The notes under the pieces are model-generated. The model was not told the DNA's origin and searched no databases. It saw only the letters and a list, made by a program, of their open reading frames with translations. The translations under genes and the position numbers were made by a program. Positions 1 to 9,844 of a DNA stretch of 64,000 bases are shown piece by piece. The DNA is from Macrostomum lignano (taxonomy: Eukaryota): positions 1 through 64,000 of the forward strand of contig NIVC01001383.1 of NCBI GenBank assembly GCA_002269645.1. The letters run 5' to 3'. Numbering within the stretch: position 1 is the first letter of the stretch; each line of letters opens with the position of its first letter.

Positions 1-92
1 TTTTTTGACACAAAGCCGATTTCCTTATGGCGAAATACATAGTAAGTACAGGCCCAAAAAAATGGCAGAGTCCGAAATTTCATGTGCACGCA
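1..92 (+). repeat. Left terminal inverted repeat (truncated by window start)
   Basis: 1-72 is the exact reverse complement of 14609-14680; the match continues to 92 with 4 mismatches. Confidence 0.95.
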
Positions 93-524
93 GTCTGAAA
101 TTCCAAGTGCACGCTAAATATCTTTTACGCAACGTGATTATTCAGACGAATTGCATATCCACCTGTCCAAAATACAAGTAACCGATTCTAGCAATGGTGA
201 CACAAACACACTTCAAAGGATTCCATTCAAGACAAATTTACTCCAAAGCTATTCACACATTTCAAGTGTTTTTGAAATATTGAAAACTTGTGAATATTAT
301 CACCCTTTTGAAGAAAGATAGTAAATGATCTATTCTTGAGTGCCTATAGAATTTTTGCACCAACTTGAGCAGATGGTTTACAGATACTATGTCAACAACT
401 GCGTCAACATGCTTCTTCTTTATACTATATATATATACGAACACACTGACACAGAAAATATTAAATAACTTAAACCAAGTTTACATTATACTACTTGTTC
501 AACTATACTTACATCTTAAGTGAA

Positions 525-1473
525 ATGAAGCGATCACGTCAGCAGGAATTGGCCGAGCGCTATGTTAAACAAGGTAAGATAATCACCTACTCTAGTTCAG
601 TTTTCTTTTTTAGATTGACTGTTCGCTATAGTTTAGTTTCTAGATTGATTGTTAGTTCGGTTTCTGTTTAGACCGATCCTCTGTTTGTTCAGTCTCTAGA
701 TTGATTTTCTGCTAGTTCGGTTTCTGTTTAGACTAATACTCTGCTAGTTCAGAATTTCTAGATTGATTGTCTGCTAGTTCGGTTTCTGTTTAGACTGATT
801 CTCTGCTAGTTCAGTTTCTATATACATTGTATACATGCACCTATACCAAATTTCCCTCATCTTATCCATTATTATAGCATTCAAGAATGGTTTCTTCACG
901 CGGCCACCTCCAGATCAGTGCAAACGCATTTGCCACGACACCACCACATCCAATTCTGCTGCAAGAGCATCATATTCTACATCTCTCGCCAGAGTAACCT
1001 CGATTCATGTCGAGAGACAGACAACTGAGCTAGATCGCATTTACACAAGAACTGATGTTATTCAGTCAATTAGGCAGCAATCGAACCCACGACCAACTGA
1101 CCAACTGCAGTATGCACCACCACCACCATCACCAACCAGCTACAATGACCCAACAAAGCAAACTTGCAGTAAGCCTACAAGTACCAAACCAACGACAGCA
1201 ACTGAAACACCATCATCATCAATTGCTATTTCTACCCAAGTTCAACCGCTGCTAAACTCGCCAATTATTGTACAGAAGGACATCAAGTCTGTAAAAGTCT
1301 CTCAAATGAGCACAGGCTTCTACCAAGTAGAATTACAAAGACCTGTAATACAACTCAAGTATTTGAATATTGGGACCTATCTTAAAAAGACATTTTTTCT
1401 AACTCTTCATAAAATTTTGCCAGCAATGTGTCCAAGTAATTGCTCTTTTAGTATATATCAAACAAGTCTGTAA
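525..1473 (+). CDS. Polinton gene 1, spliced (525-573 + 878-1473), unknown P/S/T-rich protein
   Basis: ATG AAG CGA..CAA G|GTAAG donor at 574; TTATAG| acceptor at 877; phase 1 joins MKRSRQQELAERYVKQ to the 835..1473 ORF frame (AFKNGFFTRPPPDQC). Confidence 0.6.
604..820. repeat. About 59-bp tandem repeat (two ~29-bp subunits) inside the intron of Polinton gene 1
   Basis: Repeats of tagattgattgtctgctagttcggtttctgtttagactgattctctgctagttcag. Confidence 0.85.
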
Positions 1474-1639
1474 TCAATAATATAATCTCTATAAATTCAT
1501 TATTCTAAAAAATTCTTTCAATTTTATTCGCCATTTATTGAAATTATTTAATTCAATATAAAGTCAATATCTTGTACAGTCATCATTAAACAAAAATTAT
1601 TAATCCATGCAAATAATTTTTTTTCATACGTTTCTTTAG

Positions 1640-2335
1640 CCATGGTCTGGCTTTTGCCTCAACAGTATGATTTAGCTGTGGTCCAGCTTTTGCCTCAACA
1701 GTATGATTTAGCTGTGGTCCAGCTTTTGCCTCAACAGTTTTTAGCCGTGGTCCGGCTTTTTTGCCTCAGCAGTATGATTTAGCTGTGGTCTAGCTTAAAA
1801 CTGCATCAACAGTGATTTAGCTATAGTCCAGGCTTAACTACCTCAACGATGATTTAGCTATAGTCAAGGCTTAACTGTCTCAACAGTAATTTTAGCTGTT
1901 GTCCAGACTTAACTGCCTCAACAGTGATTTTAGCTGTGGTCCAGGCAACTGTCTCAACAGGGATTTAGCTGTAGTCCGATTAGCTTAACTGTCCAGTTAT
2001 TTAGCTGTGAGCCAAGCAGCAGCACCCGTCTCAACAGTGAGAATTAGCTATGGTCAGCTTTACCTCAACTGTGATTTGGCTGCTGTGGTCTAGCATAACT
2101 GACTCAACAGTAATTTTAGCTGTAGTCGTCCAGCTTAACCACCCGTCCAGTTTTATAACCATGGTCCAGCTTAACCACCGTCTCAACGTACAGCGATTTA
2201 GTCGTGGTCCAGCTTAACCGTCTCAACGTACAGTGATTTAGCCATGGGTCTAGTAGCAATTAACCGTATCAATAGTGATTTAGCCGTGGTCCAGCTTAAC
2301 TGTCTCAACACAGTAATTTAGCTTAGTCCAAACAG
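1640..2335. repeat. Degenerate ~36-38-bp tandem array inside the Polinton
   Basis: About 18 units of consensus gatttagctgtggtccagcttaactgtctcaacagt with many indels and no spacers. Confidence 0.9.
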
Positions 2336-3033
2336 CATTTGTGTGTCAACTGCACTGACTGCATGCGGTTATAGCAGCGGCAGTCATTATAGTCCCAACA
2401 AGCTGCGCGTCGCAGCATGATAGTGTAACTCTATATAGCTTCTGCTCAATATAGGACTGCAAAAGCTGAGTTACAACTATACCTTTTTCTGTTTGAAAAG
2501 TAACACTCTATATATAGGTTACTCAAGCAATCTCTTGTCACCGTGCGAGCTAAAAAATTCCAACATGCAAGCAAAACTTTCAATAAATTAATTTCATAGC
2601 ACCGCGTGCAGCTTATTTTTACTCTAAAATCCAAGATTGCTAATTTTTCAAGTCGCAAAATATTTTAATTACATTCTACTTGAGAACAAAACCAATCTAA
2701 TGAAGCAGCAACCAGCAGTCTTCTTATTAAACGCTTGCCATCGTGTTACTCTTGCAAATTTATAACTAGTGTGCCTAAGATTCATTAATTTTATTGTATA
2801 AAATATCAACCTACATTTGCGTAAAATTAGACCTAATCATGCAACCCACCCTAGAAACTTATGCCACCTTTGGCACGCAACAATGTCTTAATCAGCACGC
2901 AACAATTAAATTTGTTTACTAGTTCACAAACAGCATGCAAAGCTTGCTATAAATACAAGACCCGAAATGGTCAATTTTTCATGAGCTCAATCATTACAGC
3001 AAAAGAAATACTATATTCAATTGCTTGTAAGAC

Positions 3034-4232
3034 ATGGCAGCTTGCATCAAGACGGAGTCAATTGTACGCTCCGACTCGAGTCCGATTTTTTACGTTGGAG
3101 AGCAGTCTACAACCACGACTGGTTCGTCCTGCCAGTTTCGATCTATTGCGTGGAAACCATCAATCGAGTGTACAAAATGGTACCCAATTATATTGCAAAC
3201 CAAGGCTCCAATGGAGCTTTTTCGTGGAATCGCAGAAAGGCCAGAGCTCGATCATCCGTCTTGCAGACACGACTCTCGCGACGCAGTAAGTGTCCAATTT
3301 CATCCAGACAGCTGCGATAAGGAACTCTTCCACTCTCTCCGGTGAGCACCATATTAAATTTATACAATTAATTTTAGGAAACTATATTCATAATTTATAT
3401 AATGTTTTGCAGTCAAGTCGAAAAAGGTCTATCGGTCAAGTTGAACGAGATTCAAGATGCTCGACCCTTGGCACGACTAACAAAACCAGCTCATCAGCAT
3501 GCTAACGACGTCCTCGAGTTTGTGCCTCAACAATGGCTGGCTATAAAGCCTGCTTACCCTTGTGCCACAATCAGGATCAGCAACGATCATCCACACGGGA
3601 AGGAGGTGTCCATTTCCGATTTCAAAGGTGTCAGCGGTACCTACCAAATGACAGTGCAAGCAACGAGCTTGTATTGTCCAAAAGGCTGCCTCGTCTGGCG
3701 CATTACATTCGCTGTGCGCTCTCTGACACTCATAGAATCTTCCGACAACATGTTGCAGCGCCTCGACATGTTCAAGGGAGTGCTTGCACACCTACCCGCG
3801 ACCAAGTCAGCAATTAGAAGCAGGAGTCCGTCCCCAACATCTACCTGTGAGCAAGAAGAAGCAAATGAACAAAGCCTGCAGAATTCAAGCCAGGTGACAC
3901 CTGCCAAGTCACCTGCAAAGCGTCGGTCTACCACCACCGTATCGAAGAAGTCGACTACATCGAATGCAGCGCCAGCCTCTATTGAACCGCCGCCTAAAAA
4001 GCAAGTTCGAAAACGCAGCGGTGCAAAACAGCAAAACAATTCTGCCGAAGCTGGTGCAGATGGCACAGACTGGGTGGAGGCTCCACCAGCAAAGATCTTG
4101 GTGAGTACACCTGCCTCTGGAACCAGGGTAGCGTCCAAGGAGACAGCATTTTTAAAGCGTGCTGCTGCGGACGCTACTACAGCTAGCGTGTCTTCATCGG
4201 ACGACTCGTACAGCAGCTCTGATGATGAGTAA
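3034..4232 (+). CDS. Polinton gene 2, spliced (3034-3341 + 3413-4232); putative OB-fold ssDNA-binding protein with basic linker and acidic tail
   Basis: CTC CG|GTGAG donor at 3342 and TTTTGCAG| acceptor at 3412 join ORFs 3034 and 3402 in phase 2; motifs PIILQTKAPMELFRG and YQMTVQATSLY..WRITFAVRSL; ends SSSDDSYSSSDDE. Confidence 0.6.
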
Positions 4233-4442
4233 CAAAATTTTTGACTAATTTTATCCAAGTTTTAACTAACTTATTCCACTATATTTATCAAATTTTTGGC
4301 TAGGGAAATATTATTTTTTAGGGAAAAGCTCAAAACATTTTTTGCTACTCCTTGTACGCTAACCAGGTTTTGTAATTTAATATTAGAATTTACGATAGTA
4401 TAGTCATGTTTAACTTTTCTTATTATTTATTTTCCGTTTTAG

Positions 4443-5000
4443 CGACTTGTCCTATTAATAGTTACTGCGAGTCTGAAGCTGCACCCGTTTGAAAAATTTG
4501 ATTTAAAGCAGACCAAACAGAAGCTACAGACCAGAAACCGGTTTTGCAAACTATTCCTAAGCCGACCAACAATGCTAAAGACAATTTATTCAAATGCTAA
4601 AATCCAACTTTATCCAGCAGGAAAACTAACTATATATGGCTGTAAATCAAATTCTCAGATAGTCTCAGTTTTACGATTTATCAACGACACTATTAATTGT
4701 GTAGATTTTGATTCAGTAAAAATTCAGAGCAGTACCTATGTCGGCTTTATTGGTCATCTTTGGCCAAAATTCGGTTTCTCTAGTCTAAAAAGATATGCAG
4801 GCTACTATTCGAATTATCTGGTTGGATACGATGCAGAAAATTTCCCACAAGCAGTTTCTGTTAGATCAGCATCAAAACCAAGGCTTTTTTGTAACATATT
4901 TTTTTCGAAAAAGTTTGTTATTATGGGCGTTCAAAACACTCATGAATTGAATAATATTCTTAACCATGTCAAGGATTTTTTAATCTCTGTTAATAACTAA
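4443..5000 (+). CDS. TATA-binding-protein (TBP)-like protein, both pseudo-repeats present; start codon uncertain
   Basis: AKIQLYPAGKLTIYGCKS ~ TTALIFSSGKMVCTGAKS; VKIQS ~ FKIQN; YDAENFPQAVSVRSASKPRLFCNIFFSKKFVIMGV ~ [33 protein letters not shown]; frame open from the acceptor at 4441-4442 (first strand LLIVTASL..FDLK lies upstream of the 4572 ATG). Confidence 0.85.
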   Translation, partial: RLVLLIVTASLKLHPFEKFDLKQTKQKLQTRNRFCKLFLSRPTMLKTIYSNAKIQLYPAGKLTIYGCKSNSQIVSVLRFINDTINCVDFDSVKIQSSTYVGFIGHLWPKFGFSSLKRYAGYYSNYLVGYDAENFPQAVSVRSASKPRLFCNIFFSKKFVIMGVQNTHELNNILNHVKDFLISVNN

Positions 5001-5223
5001 ACTTAACAAGTAAACAATTGCTGTCAAATCGCAGTTGCGATGCATTCTTTTACAAACATTTTGTCTTTTTTTATTTATTTACCAATTGTTTTCTCTAATA
5101 GTAAACGTGTCAGCTATACCTATAACTAACCAAATCATCATTTTTCTTACAGCCGCAAATGACAAACCGGATCATCTATTAATATTATGCTCGATACGCT
5201 CGTTGTCGAGCTAGGTGCACACA

Positions 5224-5937
5224 ATGCCGCGTGCACAATGCCAAATCTGCAGAAAAAAGTTCAGTAATCAAGCCGAGCTGCATGCTCACTCGCATGGTGC
5301 TTGTTTTTCACCGCAACGATTACTGACCGGATCGCTGCAAAACCTGATCGAAAACCCACCAGATGGGTGGTCCATCGCTTTGCGCGAGTCAGCTCATCGT
5401 GGTCGGGTAAATTTTGTCGAATTTACTCCCACTCTTGAACAACAAGGCAACAGCTCTGGCGAGTTACTTCCTGGCGAGTTGATTGCGTCTTTAAGAGAAC
5501 CAATATTTAAAATATTGGAAAAAATTGGCTCACCCAGTTTATTAATAAGAGTCTGCTTTCACTTGAAAGTGACACTATTTCGACCGAAAACAGCAGCAGA
5601 CGACAACGATGGCTCGAGCAGCGAAGAGATCATTTCGGTCTATTTTAATACCAACATTGCGACAATATCATTTGATGAGACGATTGCAAACAGTGACATG
5701 CTGTTATCTCCCGAGGCCTACAATGACTGGTTCGCACGCGTTATTAATCAGTTGTTAATAAAAATTGACAATTTTCAATCTCGAGGTAGTAATTGGCAAT
5801 ATAGAGCAATCGAGCAGCTAGACTTGATGCTCTGCGTTTATCGCAAAAGCCATGCAAGCACACTGTCAACAAATACGTCCCACGGTGGTGTGGGGGCGGG
5901 CGGCGGCAGTGGTGGTGGTGGCGGCGGTGGTGGTGGT

Positions 5938-5969
<32 letters not shown>

Positions 5970-6105
5970 GCGCGGGGAGTCCGGTCCAGTCCGGTCCGGT
6001 CCAGTCCGGTCCGGTCTGGTTAAGCAGCAATCGTTTAAAGTTCCAGTCTCAATCGGTCGCAAAGCTGGAGCAGTACTGCTTCTAAAGCCGCACAGAGCAG
6101 TTTAA
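5224..6105 (+). CDS. C2H2 zinc finger plus N-terminal (terminal-protein-like) region of Polinton protein-primed PolB; no polymerase domain
   Basis: CQIC..HAHSH finger; IDNFQSRGSNWQYRAIEQLDLMLCVYR and SFKVPVSIGRKAGAV match, by recall, the GSGW and SYI.LP..I..K.A blocks of Polinton pPolB N-termini. Confidence 0.7.
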
Positions 6106-6400
6106 AGCATCAAGACTATTTAAGAGTCTTACACAAGCGACAACTTGTGTTTTCGCGCATACAGTCCATTCGTTCTCGAAAACAGAAAGTTTTTTTTGAT
6201 GCAACAAAGAAAACTTGCACTAAGCTTCTTCGATACGAAGCGATCCTGGACAAGTTCAATTAATTCGCTACCCTTTGGACACTGGCACTTGGCTAATTAA
6301 TTAACAATATGCTCTGATCTCTTTTGTTGTACAAAGTAATAGCATGCTATAGAAGACTGTAACCCATCATTAATTTTTTCATTGATCATTATTTACAATA
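6106..6400 (+). pseudogene. Disrupted continuation of the pPolB N-terminus (vOTU-like protease remnant)
   Basis: Same frame after two TAA stops reads SDNLCF (OTU-type D..C motif); frameshifted RYPLD and IDHY pieces follow; similarity ends before dUTPase. Confidence 0.5.
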
Positions 6401-6592
6401 AATAAATGATACCGGCATTCGTTTAAATTATAATTTTAGCACTTTTTTGTGTTTAATTATTTGAAAAAGTATATTTTTTATAGTTAGATTCTCAAGACTA
6501 AGCTTGTGTTTGTAGTAGACGTAAATGTAGTGCTATCGTTCATGTTTCAAGAAAAAAAACTTTTTTTTAAACTTTCAGCTACAAGAATCGAC

Positions 6593-7075
6593 ATGAATCC
6601 CGAGCAGCAGCAGCAACAACAACTAACTGATCGTAAGCTTTTAGTTGAACGTCTATACGATTCGGCAACGATTCCGACCCGAAAAACTGTCGGGTCGATC
6701 GGGTATGATCTTTGCGCTGGCGTCGATGGTACCATTCCGGCCTACGAGTCCCGGAGTGTGCGAACCGGACTCAAAATTCGCTTACCGCCTGGTACCTATG
6801 GCAGGATAGCGGGACGTTCCAGCATGGCTCTGCACAGCTTATTTGTTGGCGGTGGCGTAATCGACCCCGACTATACTGGTGAAATCTGTATAGTCTTGTT
6901 TAATTACAGTCCGGAAGACTTTGAGTACTATGCCGGGCTCAGTATTGCACAACTGGTTCTGGAGCAGGCCGTGCTTGCTTCAGTCTATGTGACTGAAGCA
7001 GACAATTCGATTCGGATGATTGAGCCGCCGACCAAGCGGCGCGGCTTTGGCGGCTTTGGCAGCACTGGCCAATAA
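6593..7075 (+). CDS. dut: dUTPase (trimeric type), Polinton-borne
   Basis: All five motifs: GYDL, RIAGRSS, GGVIDPDYTGEI, IAQLV, RRGFGGFGSTG; likely ATG at 6593. Confidence 0.97.
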   Translation: MNPEQQQQQQLTDRKLLVERLYDSATIPTRKTVGSIGYDLCAGVDGTIPAYESRSVRTGLKIRLPPGTYGRIAGRSSMALHSLFVGGGVIDPDYTGEICIVLFNYSPEDFEYYAGLSIAQLVLEQAVLASVYVTEADNSIRMIEPPTKRRGFGGFGSTGQ

Positions 7076-7166
7076 GTATAATAATAATAATAAACTGATT
7101 TTTTTCTTTGGTGATTGGTGCACTATGCGAGAGCTTTGTAAATACTATAAGCAATTTTAAAAATTT

Positions 7167-7610
7167 ATGCCTAAAATATATGTTGTAAAAATGTCTCCAG
7201 CGAAAGATCGAGGTTTTAAAAAGAAAAAGAAGAGCATTCGTAAAAAGAAGAAATCTATTAGAAAGATTAATAAAAAGCAACAAGGTTATGGTGTCGTAAA
7301 TTGGTTAATTAATCATTTACCATTTGAAGCACATTTACCCGGCGGATATCAGTTTTGTGGTCCAGGTACGCAACTGCAAGCTAGGCTAGCAAAAGGACAA
7401 CGAGGAATTAATCGGCTTGACAATTTGTGCATGCTTCACGACGTGGCCTATGATAAAAATTCTGACGTGCAAGAGAGGTTAAAAGCTGATAAGCTATTAG
7501 AATCTGGTGCACGAGAGATTGCCCACGATCCGTCTACTGGTTGGAAAGAAAAACTAGCTGCGAAGTTGGTTACCAAGGTTATGCAAGTTAAGCAACGCTT
7601 TGGTGCTTGA
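7167..7610 (+). CDS. Parvovirus VP1u-type phospholipase A2 with Lys-rich N-terminus
   Basis: HLPGGYQFCGPGT Ca-binding loop and DNLCMLHDVAY catalytic HD; second ATG at 7191 may be the real start. Confidence 0.9.
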   Translation: MPKIYVVKMSPAKDRGFKKKKKSIRKKKKSIRKINKKQQGYGVVNWLINHLPFEAHLPGGYQFCGPGTQLQARLAKGQRGINRLDNLCMLHDVAYDKNSDVQERLKADKLLESGAREIAHDPSTGWKEKLAAKLVTKVMQVKQRFGA

Positions 7611-8302
7611 AAATGCAGCAGCCATACAATATGCAACTAGCTCACGATTCTACATTTATTATTGCTGGACCTTCAAACTCGGGTAAAACTGAATGGACGT
7701 TGCGTTTGTTGACTGAACGAAAAGAATTATTTGATAAAAAACCGTGCCGTCTTGTTTGGTGCCATGGATCAAGTTTGAAACCAGACGATCAACAACGAAT
7801 TAGAACATGCTGGCAAAAAAGCGGTCTTGACCCTATTGTTTTTGTACCCGAATTCACACCACAGATGATTAATCGTTTTTTACCACACGATTTGGTTGTT
7901 GTTGACGACTTGCAAAGCGAGATTGCTAAGTTGCCAGAATTTACTAGTATGTTTACAAAGCATGCGCATCATATCCCTTTGACTTGTCTGTACCTTTGTC
8001 AAGGTCTTTTTAACAAGTCTGATCCAGAAGCACGCATGCGAAGTTTATCAGCTAGTTATATTTGTCTAACTCGTAGTGTGCGCGATCGAACCACAGTTGA
8101 ACATCTCGGTCGACAAATGTATCCGCGTAATAGTAGGTTTCTAGTGAATGTGTATGAAGACGCAACAAATAACAAACCTTTTTCATATTTATTCATTGAC
8201 CTGCGGCAAGTGACACCAGATTTTTTACGATTGAGAACAGGAATATTTTCTGGTGATGAACAAGTTGTCTATACTCGTGAATGTGATGCAAAGTTTGTGT
8301 AA
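7607..8302 (+). CDS. A32/FtsK-like genome-packaging ATPase
   Basis: Walker A GPSNSGKT, Walker B LVVVDDL, HHIPLTCLYLCQ motif. Confidence 0.95.
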   Translation: MKMQQPYNMQLAHDSTFIIAGPSNSGKTEWTLRLLTERKELFDKKPCRLVWCHGSSLKPDDQQRIRTCWQKSGLDPIVFVPEFTPQMINRFLPHDLVVVDDLQSEIAKLPEFTSMFTKHAHHIPLTCLYLCQGLFNKSDPEARMRSLSASYICLTRSVRDRTTVEHLGRQMYPRNSRFLVNVYEDATNNKPFSYLFIDLRQVTPDFLRLRTGIFSGDEQVVYTRECDAKFV

Positions 8303-8359
8303 TATTATTATAAGCAAATTATAAACTGTTGTCAATATTAGTTTGTGTTTTATTTCAAA

Positions 8360-9349
8360 ATGAGTTTTTACGTTTTTTTGCCGTCAAACGATATCAGTTA
8401 CGAAACCAACTCGCCTAATGAATTTCGAGTGCGACTAACTGAACCAATAAATTTATTGAACGGATTCTTCGAGGTTGCACTAGTTGAATTACTGTGCCAT
8501 GGAGCAATTACGACGCCAAATGCTCATCGTGAGCGTCGATTTGAAGTTCCATATTTTGCGGACATTGACTCAATAATACGATTAAAGAAAAACTATTGGG
8601 GTCGTGTTTGGGCAGAGGCAGACTTGGATGCTTACGTTTCCTGGCAACCGTCTGGTACAGATGAAAAATTTGCCTGGCTTTTACGAAATTCAGGCGAAAA
8701 AACTATTGGATTAGAACTACCAGTTACATTTATGGACGCTTTCAAATTTGACTCTTGGAAGAAACTTTCTGGACTTGTCTCGGAAAAATTATCAAAACCT
8801 GCCGCTGGTAGTGTACAACCACCGGATGGTTCATACTTGGATTTGATAAAAAGTCTCGACAATACTCTAGCGCTAGTACCTGAGAACTATTATGTTTTTT
8901 ATTGTGTTCTATCGCCTGGTGAAGCTATACGACTTGTTTCGCATGGAGACTATCTTCGAAAAACGGAAGGAGAAGTGTACATCAAAGTACACCAATATTG
9001 GTTGAGAAATCGTGTTTGGCGCATTAACAAAACCTACTTGGATGCTGTGCTACCTTCTCCGATGCCTAGTAAAACGGTTTACATGTACTGTTACACAGAT
9101 ATAATCGAGTATCAAGCAGTGGGAAGTACATCAGTACCGTTGCTTCGAGTTGTGGAACTCCAACAAAAGAAAAACGGAGAACTTATACGCGATAGCAGTG
9201 CATTGCAAACACCCTACTACTTGAAAACAAATCGACAACAAATTCACGAGATTTCGATTCGACTATCGGACCAGCGCGGAAAACCGTTTAATTTTGATCC
9301 GGGAGCACACGTTGTTGTCGTACTGCATTTTAAACATAGGTCGGACTAA
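8360..9349 (+). CDS. Minor capsid protein (penton)
   Basis: FYVFLPSN..N.PNEFRVRL..FEVALVEL and MYCYTDII..VG...PLLRVV..ISIRLSDQRG..VVLHF, typical of the Polinton single jelly-roll mCP. Confidence 0.92.
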   Translation: MSFYVFLPSNDISYETNSPNEFRVRLTEPINLLNGFFEVALVELLCHGAITTPNAHRERRFEVPYFADIDSIIRLKKNYWGRVWAEADLDAYVSWQPSGTDEKFAWLLRNSGEKTIGLELPVTFMDAFKFDSWKKLSGLVSEKLSKPAAGSVQPPDGSYLDLIKSLDNTLALVPENYYVFYCVLSPGEAIRLVSHGDYLRKTEGEVYIKVHQYWLRNRVWRINKTYLDAVLPSPMPSKTVYMYCYTDIIEYQAVGSTSVPLLRVVELQQKKNGELIRDSSALQTPYYLKTNRQQIHEISIRLSDQRGKPFNFDPGAHVVVVLHFKHRSD

Positions 9350-9405
9350 TTTATAAGCAAAGATTAATTGTGTAATAGAAAATTTTGTGAATTTGTTTTG
9401 TAAGA

Positions 9406-9834
9406 ATGAGCGAACTAACAGAAAAAGGAAAACAAAATGCTCGCTCATTGTGTCAGTGTGCTTTTTTACTACAAATTGTTTATCGGCTAAAGCATCCAAA
9501 GCAGAGAAAAAGTTTTTTACAAACACTTTCAGAGTCGGAGATACGATGTCTAGTAGACTTTCTGTTTAATATTATTAGTGGACGTATTAAAATTAGTAAC
9601 TGTAACAAAAGACGACTTGAGAAGCATCGCAGATATATACGCCAGCTTTTGGAACAGAAGACTCCAATTACTGCAAAAAGGAAAATACTTGTCCAACACG
9701 GAGGATTTTTACCTTTTTTGGCTCCAATTATTGCCGCTCTACCTGCTATAAGCACTGCGCTTGGGATAACGTCTGGAGTAGTTGGTACCGCCGCGGGAGC
9801 AGCGAATTTAATACGATCAATTCAACGAAAGTAG
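9406..9834 (+). CDS. Conserved Polinton protein with C-terminal GG|FLPFL amphipathic segment (candidate membrane-lytic core protein)
   Basis: RKILVQHGGFLPFLAPIIAALPAI.. hydrophobic tail after an adenain-like GG site. Confidence 0.75.
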   Translation: MSELTEKGKQNARSLCQCAFLLQIVYRLKHPKQRKSFLQTLSESEIRCLVDFLFNIISGRIKISNCNKRRLEKHRRYIRQLLEQKTPITAKRKILVQHGGFLPFLAPIIAALPAISTALGITSGVVGTAAGAANLIRSIQRK

Positions 9835-9844
9835 TAGGAATATA

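Noticed and set aside
1640-2335. Possible CRISPR-like array (36-bp units)
   Set aside because: Units abut directly with no unique spacers, lengths vary, the context is eukaryotic and there are no cas genes
2446-2658. Minus ORF with CTRC as an E6-like oncoid zinc finger
   Set aside because: Second CxxC is missing and orientation is opposite to all other element genes
3477-4258. Minus-strand ORFs overlapping Polinton gene 2
   Set aside because: Shadow frames; no recognisable motifs
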